NCBI GenBank assembly: GCA_902557965.1
Contig: CACECK010000001.1
Coordinates: 22,939 to 86,938, forward strand
Direction of reading: 5' to 3'
DNA: 64,000 nt
Source of the DNA: an uncultured SAR86 cluster bacterium
GTDB lineage: Bacteria; Pseudomonadota; Gammaproteobacteria; Magnimaribacterales; D2472
Under the pieces are notes generated by a model. It searched no databases. It was not told where the DNA came from and was given only the letters and a program-made list of their open reading frames with translations. Of the stretch, positions 29,242 through 41,372 are shown piece after piece. Position numbers and translations under genes: made by a program. Each line of letters starts with the position of its first letter. Positions within the stretch are counted from its first letter, which is position 1.

Positions 29242-29452
29242 AAATTAATAAACCAATAATATCTATATTATATACTTTTTGTTATTTCTATTAGGACAGT
29301 TATTTATGTTAATAACTGCTTGAAAGCCATACAAAATAACAAAAAAACTCAAAACAACTTATTTAATACGCTCTTAATTAAAACCCTCATAAGCCTTTAA
29401 TAAACTGTACATAAAAAATTATTTAAAAAAATAAGCACACAATACTAACAAG

Positions 29453-30766
29453 TTACTTACCAATACAAAACGAACTAAATATATCTCCAAGCAAAGAGTC
29501 TGAGAATTTTTTTCCTAATAACTCGTCTAGACCTGAGCGTGAGTTTTTTAAATCCTCAGCTACAAGCTCTAAAGTCTTATTATTTTTTAAACCAAGCAAT
29601 GCAGCCTTAAGATCTTTAGTAACGCCATCAAAAATTTTAACGTGTCTACCCCTAACTAAATAATTGGAATTTGTTTTTTCAATTTCATCATCTGAAAAAC
29701 TAACTACAGCTTTTTTTAGATCAGAAAAACCCAGTCCTGTTTTTGCAGAAACACAAAAATCAAACAACTTATAATTAGCCTCATTAACATCAATTTTATT
29801 TTGAACAACAAAAAGAGAACCGTCAGAACATCTTTTTTTAAACTCATCAACAACTTCTTCGTCATACTCTTCAAAAACCCCTATAACGACATCAGCATCC
29901 CCAAGCTGGCTTAAAGACATTTCGATACCCTTCTCTTCAATAACATCGTCAGTTTCCCGAACACCAGCCGTATCAAAAACAGAAAAAACACTGGTTTCAA
30001 AAAAAGCTTCCGAGCTGATCATGTCTCTAGTTGTACCAGGCCTGTCTGTAACAATAGCCCTTTCATAACCAACCAGCCTGTTAAAAACCGAAGATTTCCC
30101 CGAGTTCGTTGGGCCAACCAAAAACACATTTTTCTTACTAGAAAGATCTCTTTTGTTTGCGCACATAGACACAAACGAATTAAAGTCTTCCACAAGAAGG
30201 CCCAGGTCTGATATTAGCGATTCGTCCATAAAGACCTCGCCCTCATCTGAAAAATCGATTTCACCCTCAACCCGAACACGAGCATCGTTTATTCTATTAG
30301 AAAACCCCATAAGTTTTTCTGACAGATCACCAAACAAAGAAGAACCAGACAAAAACACCTCTTTAGAAGTCGTGCTTTCTATTAAATCTGACAAAGATTC
30401 CGCTTCATTCAAACTTATTTTTTCATTTAAAAAAGCCCTTTTGGTAAACTCACCAGGAGCCGCTTCATCAAAACCAACGTTTTTAAAAACATCCACAGCC
30501 AATGACATTATCCCAAGGCTGCCATGGGAATAAACCTCAAACGAGTCTTCACCCGTATAGCTTTCTGGACCCTTAAAGACAATTAACCCAACCTTGTCTA
30601 TTACAACACCCCCGTCATAAAAGTTTGACAAGTAAAACCTTCTGGGCTCAAAAAGATCTAAGCCAAACAAAGCTTTAATATGCTTGTGGCACCCCTTACC
30701 AGAAACTCTAAATATACATATAGCAGACTTAACCGGAGGGGTGGCTAGCGCATAAACAATAGACAT
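29453..30766 (-). CDS. mnmE: tRNA modification GTPase MnmE (TrmE)
   Basis: 437 aa. GPTNSGKSS P-loop, DTAG, and the C-terminal CIGK. Confidence 0.95.
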   Translation of the reverse strand: MSIVYALATPPVKSAICIFRVSGKGCHKHIKALFGLDLFEPRRFYLSNFYDGGVVIDKVGLIVFKGPESYTGEDSFEVYSHGSLGIMSLAVDVFKNVGFDEAAPGEFTKRAFLNEKISLNEAESLSDLIESTTSKEVFLSGSSLFGDLSEKLMGFSNRINDARVRVEGEIDFSDEGEVFMDESLISDLGLLVEDFNSFVSMCANKRDLSSKKNVFLVGPTNSGKSSVFNRLVGYERAIVTDRPGTTRDMISSEAFFETSVFSVFDTAGVRETDDVIEEKGIEMSLSQLGDADVVIGVFEEYDEEVVDEFKKRCSDGSLFVVQNKIDVNEANYKLFDFCVSAKTGLGFSDLKKAVVSFSDDEIEKTNSNYLVRGRHVKIFDGVTKDLKAALLGLKNNKTLELVAEDLKNSRSGLDELLGKKFSDSLLGDIFSSFCIGK

Positions 30767-30772
30767 TCTCGG

Positions 30773-32299
30773 TTACTCGAGAGGAGCATTGATTTTTTTA
30801 TACATATACGCTTGTTGTAAATATTGAACGCCCGTATTCACAACCATGTACAAACCCAATGCGGCAGGCATAAAAACAAAAAGGACAGAAAACATTATTG
30901 GCATATAGCGCATTATCTGTGCTTGTGTTGGGTCCATTCCAGCAGGCTGAGGATTAAGTCTTTGAGTTAAGGTCATCAAAATAGCAAACAGTATTGGGAA
31001 TATAAAATAAGGATCAGGAGCAGAAAGGTCAGCCCATATACCAAAAGAACTATGTCTTAATTCAACCATCTCACGCAAAGCAAAAAAGAAACCTATAAAA
31101 AAAGGCATTTGTATAAACATTGGCAAACAACCACCCAAAGGATTGGCCCCATGTTTTTTAAACAACTTCATGGTTTCAGCTTGTGTTTTTTGTGCGTCTC
31201 CCTTGTATCTCTCTTTGATTTCATTAAGCTCTGGAGTAATTTTTTTCATAGCAGCCATAGATGAAAAAGCTTTTGCAGTAACCGGCCAGAACACCAACTT
31301 AATTAATAAAGTAAAAATAACAATTGTTAATCCCCAGTTATCAACATATCCATTTATTTTGTCCATAACCCAAACCATTGGTTGGGCCAAAAACCAAAAC
31401 CACCCCATCTCAATTGAAAGCTCCAAACTGTCAGCTCTCACCATTAAATCCTTTCTGATTTTTGGACCTATAAATATTCTATGTTCGTGTTCATAAACCA
31501 ATGAACCAGCTGAAGAATTTTCAACTGTATAACCCATTCGGTATAGGCCATTTTCACCAGGCAAAGCATAGAAATTATAAATATTTTTATCGGTGCCCAA
31601 CAAAGCAGCAAAGAAATATTTCTGCACAAAAGCTATCCAACCAGATCTAGAGAGCGCTTCATAACCTCCCATATCATCAACCTGATTAAGCTTTATTGTT
31701 TCATAGGGCTCTTTGTCCGTGCTAACAGCAACACCCAAATAAGAACCATTATTCATCATTCCACCACTTAGGGCATCTTGCTTAAGATCTAGTGCCCTGC
31801 CACTGGTTCTATACAAACCCGCATATGATTTTCCTTTAACACCAGCCTCTGCGGCATCTACCACAGATATCTCATAAGGCGTGTCCGATAAAGCAATAGT
31901 CTTACTAACACCCAACAAACCATCTATGAGCTTTACGTAACCATCGCCAGAATCCAACAACACATATGATGGCGATGTGCCAGTGAAACCGCTTTTGAAA
32001 TAATAATTAAAAACAGACTCACTTCCAAAAACCCTAAAACCCAAAGAGCCTGAAACGTTTTCCACTGGATGTTTTTTTAATCGAGCTTCTGTGATTGAAC
32101 CAGTTTCAACAGAAACAACCAAGAAAAGCTCCTCGTTTTCTACAGCAACATAATTCTCACCCAACCCAACCTGGCTCATTGATTCTGCAACCATTAAATG
32201 GCTTTCAATGGCGGCAGCTTTTTTCCCTGAGGTCCACTCAAACAACAAAGCCCCTGAAAGAACCACAATCATCAACCAGTAAAAATTTCTTATATTCAT
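30773..32299 (-). CDS. yidC: membrane protein insertase YidC
   Basis: 508 aa. N-terminal TM, periplasmic domain, and a C-terminal 5-TM core (GCLPMFIQMPFF). Confidence 0.95.
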   Translation of the reverse strand: MNIRNFYWLMIVVLSGALLFEWTSGKKAAAIESHLMVAESMSQVGLGENYVAVENEELFLVVSVETGSITEARLKKHPVENVSGSLGFRVFGSESVFNYYFKSGFTGTSPSYVLLDSGDGYVKLIDGLLGVSKTIALSDTPYEISVVDAAEAGVKGKSYAGLYRTSGRALDLKQDALSGGMMNNGSYLGVAVSTDKEPYETIKLNQVDDMGGYEALSRSGWIAFVQKYFFAALLGTDKNIYNFYALPGENGLYRMGYTVENSSAGSLVYEHEHRIFIGPKIRKDLMVRADSLELSIEMGWFWFLAQPMVWVMDKINGYVDNWGLTIVIFTLLIKLVFWPVTAKAFSSMAAMKKITPELNEIKERYKGDAQKTQAETMKLFKKHGANPLGGCLPMFIQMPFFIGFFFALREMVELRHSSFGIWADLSAPDPYFIFPILFAILMTLTQRLNPQPAGMDPTQAQIMRYMPIMFSVLFVFMPAALGLYMVVNTGVQYLQQAYMYKKINAPLE

Positions 32300-32306
32300 T
32301 TCAAAA

Positions 32307-32612
32307 CTACTCTTTTGTAATTTGTTTTATTGCTATAGCAATTTCTGCCTCTGCCTGCATATATGATAACTCTGCAAAGGGCCTAAATACAGAAAAAACA
32401 TAATCACCACCCAAAACATCACCCAACCCATTCCGCCTAACAATTTCTTTTATTCTTCTCTTTGAGGCGTTTCTATCAACAGCTAACTTAAAGTATTTTT
32501 TCGATATAGATATTTCTAACCCATTTGATGAGACGGACTTTTTAAAAACTCTAAAATACTTATTTGAAAAAACCCTCTTAAGGTTTTGGTTGATTTTTTT
32601 TGGGTTTGACAA
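32307..32612 (-). CDS. rnpA: ribonuclease P protein component
   Basis: Position between rpmH and yidC, and a basic sequence (RNASKRRIKEIVR). The track ORF (to 32702) overlaps rpmH. I propose the in-frame TTG at 32612, just after the rpmH stop. The start is uncertain. Confidence 0.75.
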   Translation of the reverse strand: MSNPKKINQNLKRVFSNKYFRVFKKSVSSNGLEISISKKYFKLAVDRNASKRRIKEIVRRNGLGDVLGGDYVFSVFRPFAELSYMQAEAEIAIAIKQITKE

Positions 32613-32613
32613 A

Positions 32614-32748
32614 CTATGCGCTAAGAACTTTTCTGCCTTTCTTTCTTCTGTTAGATAAAACAGCTCTACCAGCTTTTGTAGACATCCTTGCACGAAAGCC
32701 ATGTGTTCTCTTTCTTTTAAGGTTGCTTGGTTGAAACGTTCTCTTCAT
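32614..32748 (-). CDS. rpmH: 50S ribosomal protein L34
   Basis: Hand translation: [44 protein letters not shown] (44 aa), the canonical L34 sequence. Too short for the ORF track. Confidence 0.95.
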   Translation of the reverse strand: MKRTFQPSNLKRKRTHGFRARMSTKAGRAVLSNRRKKGRKVLSA

Positions 32749-32843
32749 AATTTTAAGGTCAAAAAATTGGTGAGAATTATAGCCTAATATATTTTTAAAA
32801 ACACAAAAATAAACAAATAAAGCAATTCTTTTTTATATACAAG

Positions 32844-32852
32844 TTATCCACA
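32844..32852 (+). promoter_or_regulatory. consensus DnaA box TTATCCACA in the rpmH-dnaA intergenic region
   Basis: Exact 9-mer match, 75 nt upstream of the dnaA start. A degenerate box (tgtagatat, 2 mismatches to TGTGGATAA) lies at 32873-32881. Confidence 0.7.
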
Positions 32853-32926
32853 GAAAATTCTAACCTTTATCCTGTAGATATCTTGTTAATTTTTTAATAG
32901 ACTATCTAACTTAATAGGAGATAATA

Positions 32927-34222
32927 TTGGAACTTTGGAATAAGTGCTCAGAAAAGCTAGAAAATAAATTATCGCAAGAGGACTTTAACACTTGGATCAG
33001 ACCATTAAAAGCAACCCAAGAAGAAAACACGCTAGAACTTTTAGCTCCAAATGATTTCATTTTAAACTATATAGAAAAAAATTTTTCTGAAGAAATACAA
33101 CAATTAGTTAAAGCAAACACGAAAAAGAACATAAGTCTAGTTTTTAAAACTCTTACAAAAGAAACATTTGTTGATAAATATAAAAATAATAGCAAAAACT
33201 CTGAAATTAAACTTGTAGAAAATTATACTTTTGATAGTTTTGTAGAAGGCAAGTCTAACCATCTTGCTCTAGCTGCAGCCAAGCAAGTCGCAGCAAATCC
33301 AAAGGGTGACTATAACCCACTCTTTATTTATGGGGGTGTGGGCCTTGGTAAAACCCATTTAATGCATGCGGTAGGCAATCAGATTTTAAACAATGAGCCC
33401 AACAAGAGAATTGTTTATGTTCACTCTGAAAAGTTTGTATCTGACATGGTAAAAGCACTTCAACTAGGGGCTATGAACGAGTTTAAATCTTATTACAGAA
33501 ATGCAGATGCTTTATTAATAGATGATATTCAGTTTTTTGCTGGTAAAGAGCAGTCACAAGAAGAATTCTTCCATACTTTTAATGCTCTTCTAGACAGAAA
33601 CAATCAAATGATATTAACCTGTGATAAATACCCAAAAGAAATAGACGGCTTAGAAGAACGACTAAAATCAAGACTTGGTTGGGGCCTACCTGTTGTAATC
33701 GATCCACCAGAGCTTGAAACAAGAGCAGCTGTTTTGTTAAATAAAGCAAACAGAATGGGTGTAATACTTCCAAATGACTGCGCTATTTATATTGCTCAAA
33801 GAATTAGATCAAACATAAGAGAATTAGAAGGTGCTCTAAAAAGGGTTGTTGCAAATGCAAGATTTACAAATCAAGAAATAGATTTAGCTCTTGTTAAAGA
33901 CGCACTTAAAGATCTTTTTGTTATTTCAGCAAAAATGGTTAGTGTTGAAAATATTCAGAAAACTGTTGCGGAATATTACAATATTAAACTTTCTGATTTA
34001 TTGTCCAAAAGAAGAAGTCGCTCAATCACAAGACCAAGACAAATGGCGATGGCATTAACTAAAGAGCTTACTAATCATAGCCTTCCTGAAATTGGAGAGG
34101 CATTTAATGGCAGAGACCACACAACAGTCCTACATGCTTGTAAAAAAATAAAAGATCTACGAAAAGAAAATCCATCTCATGAAGAGGATTATAGAAATCT
34201 CAACAGGGCACTTACAAATTAA
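32927..34222 (+). CDS. dnaA: chromosomal replication initiator protein DnaA
   Basis: 431 aa. TTG start. [10 protein letters not shown] Walker A and the C-terminal DNA-binding domain ([10 protein letters not shown]). Confidence 0.96.
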   Translation: MELWNKCSEKLENKLSQEDFNTWIRPLKATQEENTLELLAPNDFILNYIEKNFSEEIQQLVKANTKKNISLVFKTLTKETFVDKYKNNSKNSEIKLVENYTFDSFVEGKSNHLALAAAKQVAANPKGDYNPLFIYGGVGLGKTHLMHAVGNQILNNEPNKRIVYVHSEKFVSDMVKALQLGAMNEFKSYYRNADALLIDDIQFFAGKEQSQEEFFHTFNALLDRNNQMILTCDKYPKEIDGLEERLKSRLGWGLPVVIDPPELETRAAVLLNKANRMGVILPNDCAIYIAQRIRSNIRELEGALKRVVANARFTNQEIDLALVKDALKDLFVISAKMVSVENIQKTVAEYYNIKLSDLLSKRRSRSITRPRQMAMALTKELTNHSLPEIGEAFNGRDHTTVLHACKKIKDLRKENPSHEEDYRNLNRALTN

Positions 34223-35325
34223 TGGATTTTTATATTTTAAAAGAAGAGGTTGTTAAGTCTCTTAATTTAACACTCGGCGTTGTTGAAAAAAGACAAACAC
34301 TTCCAATACTATCAAACGTTCTTATAGAGGTTGACGAATCATCGCTTAAGCTAACAGCGACTGACCTAGAAAGTGAAATTTCAACCACATCAACAATTTC
34401 AAACTTTAAAAGTGGGGGTAAAACAACAGCTCCAGCAAGAAAGCTAAGCGACCTTTGCAGACTTCTTCCTGATTTAACTGAAATCCATTTTTTTCTTGAT
34501 GGTGATAATCTAAAAATTGAAACTAGCTCAGGTAAATATAATTTATCAACACTACCAAGTGATGACTTCCCCATATTTGAAATAGAAGACACACAATCAC
34601 AGGTAAATATATCATCAGAAAATCTTAAAACACTGATATCTAAAACCGCCTTTGCAATGGGAAATCAAGATTGGAGACACTACCTTAATGGCCTTTTCCT
34701 TTCTATTGATGACAAAAACATTACATCTGTAGCGACCGATGCACACAGGCTTGCTCTCGCATCAGCTTCTCTAAACGAAGCCGCAGCAGAAACAATGAGC
34801 GGGATTGTTCCAAGAAAATCTATAAATGAAATAGGAAAGCTTGTTGGCGATAATACGGACAATGTTGTAATGAAAATATCTCAATCATCAGTTTTGGTTG
34901 AGCTAGGAGGCACTAAATTTGTAAGCAAACTGATCGAAGGAAAATTCCCTGACTATCAACAAGTCATCCCTTCAGGAGAAAGCTCACTTCTTCAAATCAA
35001 CAAAAAATTATTTTCAGAGAGCTTAAGCAGGGTTAGTGTTTTATCAAGCGAGAAATATAAAGGCGTAAGGATTGTCACCAAAGGTAATCTACTTAATATT
35101 TCTGCTAATAACCCTGAGAAAGAGCAAGGCGAAGAGAATATAGACTGCAAGTATTCAGGGGAAGATGTAGACATTGCCTTCAATGTTAACTATTTACAAG
35201 AAATACTTTCTACCTTGGACTGTGAACAAGTTGAAGTTAACTTTTTTGGTTCAGATAAGAGTTGCTTAATTACTGATACAGATAACAGCAACCTTAAATA
35301 TGTAGTGATGCCGCTTTTAATTTAG
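34222..35325 (+). CDS. dnaN: DNA polymerase III subunit beta
   Basis: 367 aa. Position after dnaA and the C-terminal motif VVMPL. Confidence 0.95.
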   Translation: MDFYILKEEVVKSLNLTLGVVEKRQTLPILSNVLIEVDESSLKLTATDLESEISTTSTISNFKSGGKTTAPARKLSDLCRLLPDLTEIHFFLDGDNLKIETSSGKYNLSTLPSDDFPIFEIEDTQSQVNISSENLKTLISKTAFAMGNQDWRHYLNGLFLSIDDKNITSVATDAHRLALASASLNEAAAETMSGIVPRKSINEIGKLVGDNTDNVVMKISQSSVLVELGGTKFVSKLIEGKFPDYQQVIPSGESSLLQINKKLFSESLSRVSVLSSEKYKGVRIVTKGNLLNISANNPEKEQGEENIDCKYSGEDVDIAFNVNYLQEILSTLDCEQVEVNFFGSDKSCLITDTDNSNLKYVVMPLLI

Positions 35326-35334
35326 TTATATAAA

Positions 35335-36411
35335 GTGTCATTTTCCAAGATTTCTATCAAAAGATTTAGATGTTTTGAGGAACTAAGTTTAGACCTGTCC
35401 CCAGGCGTAAATTTTTTTTATGGTGCTAATGGTTCTGGCAAGACAAGCATCCTCGAATCAATATTTATTTTCTCAAGCGGAAAGTCATTTAAAAGCTCTA
35501 ACATATCGTCCTTAATAAACTTTAAATTTGATAACTTTAACCTTAAAGCATTTGATTCCGAAAGGGGCTATATAGCAGAAATTAAAAAAGATATTAATAA
35601 ACCCATATCTGTTCAGCTGAATAACTCTAAGATTACTACAAGCAAACTCATAAGAGAATTCCCATGTTCGCCAATACATAACAATACTTTTTCTTTTGCT
35701 GATGCATCTCCAGACTTTAGAAGAAAGCTTCTTGACCGATCAATATTTATTGCTGATGATGGTTTTTCAAGTTCATGGTTTTCATTTTATAGGTCTTTAA
35801 AGCAACGTAATAGCCTATTGAAAAAAGGAGCTACGACACAAATCTCAGCTTGGAATGATGCCTTTATTAAAGAGGGAAATGCTATCTCAGCTTTAAGAGC
35901 TAATTTCTTTAAGCTCACCTTATTGGAATTTAATAACTTTCTAGACTTATTAAAACCTAGTAACGTTTTTAATTTTTTTAATGATATTAATATTTCATTT
36001 TTTGCTGGATGGGATGCTGATAGCAATCTTCAAGAAACGCTAGAGAAAAATTTTCAAATTGATACAAATAGAAAAACCACAACAAAAGGCCCCCATAAAG
36101 CAGATATAAAATTTTTAATTAATAATATTGATGCGCGTCAACTTTTATCTAGAGGTGAGCAAAAGTTTTTCTCAATATTGTGGTCTTGTTCACAACACGA
36201 AGTTCTAAAAAAACATTATGACCTTAGGCCTACACTAATAATAGATGATATTAAATCAGAGCTTGATGATAGGGTGTTCCAATTATTTATAGACTTACTA
36301 AAATACAATGAAAATCAGGTAATCTTTTCCTGTATAGATGATCATTTTAGTAGTAAAATAGAGCCTGAATTCAATGATTTTAAAAAGTTCCACGTGGAAC
36401 AATTAGGATAA
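35335..36411 (+). CDS. recF: DNA replication and repair protein RecF
   Basis: 358 aa. GTG start. GANGSGKTS Walker A and the SRGEQK signature. Confidence 0.93.
   Translation: MSFSKISIKRFRCFEELSLDLSPGVNFFYGANGSGKTSILESIFIFSSGKSFKSSNISSLINFKFDNFNLKAFDSERGYIAEIKKDINKPISVQLNNSKITTSKLIREFPCSPIHNNTFSFADASPDFRRKLLDRSIFIADDGFSSSWFSFYRSLKQRNSLLKKGATTQISAWNDAFIKEGNAISALRANFFKLTLLEFNNFLDLLKPSNVFNFFNDINISFFAGWDADSNLQETLEKNFQIDTNRKTTTKGPHKADIKFLINNIDARQLLSRGEQKFFSILWSCSQHEVLKKHYDLRPTLIIDDIKSELDDRVFQLFIDLLKYNENQVIFSCIDDHFSSKIEPEFNDFKKFHVEQLG
36386..36401. promoter_or_regulatory. candidate parS centromere site (AGTTCCACGTGGAACA)
   Basis: Contains the perfect 14-bp palindrome GTTCCACGTGGAAC. It matches 15/16 of the palindromic parS TGTTCCACGTGGAACA. 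It lies inside the recF 3' end, about 3.5 kb from the dnaA start. Confidence 0.7.
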
Positions 36412-39035
<2,624 letters not shown>

Positions 39036-39037
39036 TT

Positions 39038-40381
39038 TTATCTAATCTTATTGATAAAAAAGTTAGGGAGCTCACTAATTTTTAACCTAGTTTGGTCCAT
39101 AGTGTCCCTGTCTCTAATGGTTACAGTGTTATCCTCTAATGAGTCAAAGTCTACAGTAATACAAATAGGCGTACCTATTTCATCTTGCCTTCTATATCCC
39201 TTACCAATATTGCCTGTATTTTCAAGCATAACTCTTCCCAGGCCAAGATCTTGAAGTAAGTTTTTGGTACTCTTAGATAACGCAACAATTTCTTCATTAT
39301 TCTTCTTTAGTGGGATTATTGCTGCTTTGACAGGAGCTAAATGTGGCTTGAGCTTCAAAACAGTTCTTGTTTTTCCATCATCTAGATCTTCTTCTACAAA
39401 TGCTTCATTAAGTATTGCAAGAAAACCTCTTTCTACTCCAGCAGATGGTTCTATAACATACGGTACATACCAATCACCATGTTCATTTTGTACAGCAAGC
39501 TTAGAGTTCGAATTCCTATTATTTTTTACTTGAGATTTTATGCCTAATTCTTCTTGCTTTTTTGAATGGGACCCAAGATCAAAATCAGTTCTATTAGCAA
39601 TACCCTCAAGCTCTTCCAAGCCATGTGGAAAATTATACATTAAATCTACTGTTCTTTTAGAGTAATGGGCTAGTTCATCTTTAGGAACTTCATATAGCTC
39701 AATACTTTCTGTGGGTACACCTTGTTTTTCCCACCACTCTATTCTTTTTTGTACCCATGAATTAATACATTCCTCATCTTTCCCAGGCTCAACAAAATAC
39801 TCTAGCTCCATTTGTTCAAATTCTCTTACTCTAAAAATGAAATTTCTTGGCGTAATCTCGTTTCTAAATGCTTTACCAACTTGTGCTATACCAAAAGGAA
39901 TGCTTTTAGATGTTGAATCCACAACGTTTTTAAAGTTAGTAAAAATTTGCTGTGCTGTTTCTGGTCTAAGATATGCAAAATTTTCACCGTCATCCACCGG
40001 ACCAACATTTGTTTTAAACATTAAATTAAACATTCTAGGCTCTGTAAGATCCTCTGGTTTACATTCTTTTGGAATTTGATCAGCTCTAAACCTTTGATTG
40101 CATGATTTACAGTCAACCATTGGATCTGAAAATGTTTCCTCGTGACCTGAATACTTTAATACTAGTGGGTTTGTTAATATTGAAGAGTCTAGCCCCTCAA
40201 TATTGTCATTCTCATAGACCATACTACTCCACCACGCATTTTTTATATTATTTTTTAGTTCAACACCCAATGGACCATAGTCATATAAGCCCTGCAAGCC
40301 ACCATATATTTCACCAGATTGAAAAATAAAGCCTCTTCTTTTACAAAGAGCTACCAAATCATCCATATTTTTTGCTGTCAA
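39038..40381 (-). CDS. glyQS: glycine--tRNA ligase, homodimeric (alpha2, GlyQS) type
   Basis: 447 aa single polypeptide. [32 protein letters not shown] is typical of the alpha2 enzyme. TTG start at 40381, or the ATG at 40366. Confidence 0.9.
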   Translation of the reverse strand: MTAKNMDDLVALCKRRGFIFQSGEIYGGLQGLYDYGPLGVELKNNIKNAWWSSMVYENDNIEGLDSSILTNPLVLKYSGHEETFSDPMVDCKSCNQRFRADQIPKECKPEDLTEPRMFNLMFKTNVGPVDDGENFAYLRPETAQQIFTNFKNVVDSTSKSIPFGIAQVGKAFRNEITPRNFIFRVREFEQMELEYFVEPGKDEECINSWVQKRIEWWEKQGVPTESIELYEVPKDELAHYSKRTVDLMYNFPHGLEELEGIANRTDFDLGSHSKKQEELGIKSQVKNNRNSNSKLAVQNEHGDWYVPYVIEPSAGVERGFLAILNEAFVEEDLDDGKTRTVLKLKPHLAPVKAAIIPLKKNNEEIVALSKSTKNLLQDLGLGRVMLENTGNIGKGYRRQDEIGTPICITVDFDSLEDNTVTIRDRDTMDQTRLKISELPNFFINKIR

Positions 40382-40514
40382 ACTAAATCCTATGATAAAT
40401 TAGACATTTGTCCATTTAAATGTCAATAAAACCTAACATTAATATAATATTAGTCACCCTTTTATAAAAAGAATATATATTCTATGATTATAAAAGTATT
40501 ATCTAAAAATTACG

Positions 40515-41372
40515 ATGAAAATTCTTTTTTATTTTGTTTCTCTTGTTCCTAAGTCATTCTTTATAGCATTAGTTGATATCTACATGTTTTTGAGAGTCTA
40601 TAAATACTTACTTAGTTATAAAGTGACCCTAGAGAATATTAAAATAGCTTATCCAAAAAGAAATAAAAGTGATTTAGAGCTGCTTTCAAAACTTAGCATT
40701 AGGGAGTCCATTATCTCTGGTTTTGAATCAATATACACATGGGGTAGAAGTGACCATGAAGTAAATAACAAGATCTTGAGAATAGAAAATAACTTTTTAG
40801 TAAATAACCTTAAAGCAAATGGATTGATAACTGTGTCTTTCCACAATAGAAGTGTTGATATGTTGTTGTCCTGGATGAACTCTCAACAAACAACTCATAG
40901 TCTATATAAAAAAGTTAAAAACAAAGCGTTAAATCATTTTATAAAAAGTAGAAGAGAGTCTGGAAATTCAAAATGTTATGAAACAACAATTGGTGGCGTA
41001 AGACAAATATTTAAAGCTTTAAAAAATAAAAATATAATATGTTTTGCAGCTGATCAAGTTCCACAAAGAGGCTTGGGTGAACACATTAATTTTTTTAATA
41101 CAGCAGCTTACACCACTACTTTGGTGCAATCACTAGCCGTAAAAACCTTATCTCCTGTCATATATTTTTATATCCAAAATAATCAGGACAATAAATTATG
41201 TATTAATCTAAAACACTGTTCTGAAAGTATATATGATGATAGTAAGCACAAACTATTAGTAAACCAAGACATTGAGAATTTTATTAATAATAGGCCTTCA
41301 GATTATTCTTGGGAGTATAAAAGGTTTAAAAGAAGTAGCGGACTTGTTAAAGACCCCTATAAGGGATTGTAG
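40515..41372 (+). CDS. lipid A biosynthesis (Kdo)2-lipid IVA acyltransferase family protein (LpxL/HtrB-like)
   Basis: 285 aa. N-terminal TM. The pattern ADQVP..G.GE.INFF...AYTTT resembles LpxL/LpxM. The position is syntenic with an htrB-like gene in Pseudomonas (from memory). Confidence 0.65.
   Translation: MKILFYFVSLVPKSFFIALVDIYMFLRVYKYLLSYKVTLENIKIAYPKRNKSDLELLSKLSIRESIISGFESIYTWGRSDHEVNNKILRIENNFLVNNLKANGLITVSFHNRSVDMLLSWMNSQQTTHSLYKKVKNKALNHFIKSRRESGNSKCYETTIGGVRQIFKALKNKNIICFAADQVPQRGLGEHINFFNTAAYTTTLVQSLAVKTLSPVIYFYIQNNQDNKLCINLKHCSESIYDDSKHKLLVNQDIENFINNRPSDYSWEYKRFKRSSGLVKDPYKGL

Noticed and set aside
29242-29452. The mnmG-mnmE intergenic region as oriC, by analogy with the gidA-adjacent oriC of E. 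coli.
   Set aside because: I found no TTATNCACA-like DnaA boxes or GATC clusters by eye. The strand-composition polarity across the gap is opposite to that of an origin. The region does contain a 7-bp-stem hairpin (cagttat-ttatgtta-ataactg, 29297-29318). It probably holds the mnmG promoter or operator and the mnmE terminator.
32613-32702. ATG-initiated 5' extension of the rnpA ORF (track 32307-32702).
   Set aside because: It overlaps almost all of the canonical rpmH (L34) coding sequence in another frame.
40382-40514. Looked for a T-box or other leader upstream of glyQS. Noted the hairpin gacattt-gtccattt-aaatgtc.
   Set aside because: The gap is only 133 bp and is shared with the divergent lpxL-like promoter. 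That is far too short for a T-box, and no specifier or T-box sequence was recognisable. The 7-bp hairpin alone is not informative.
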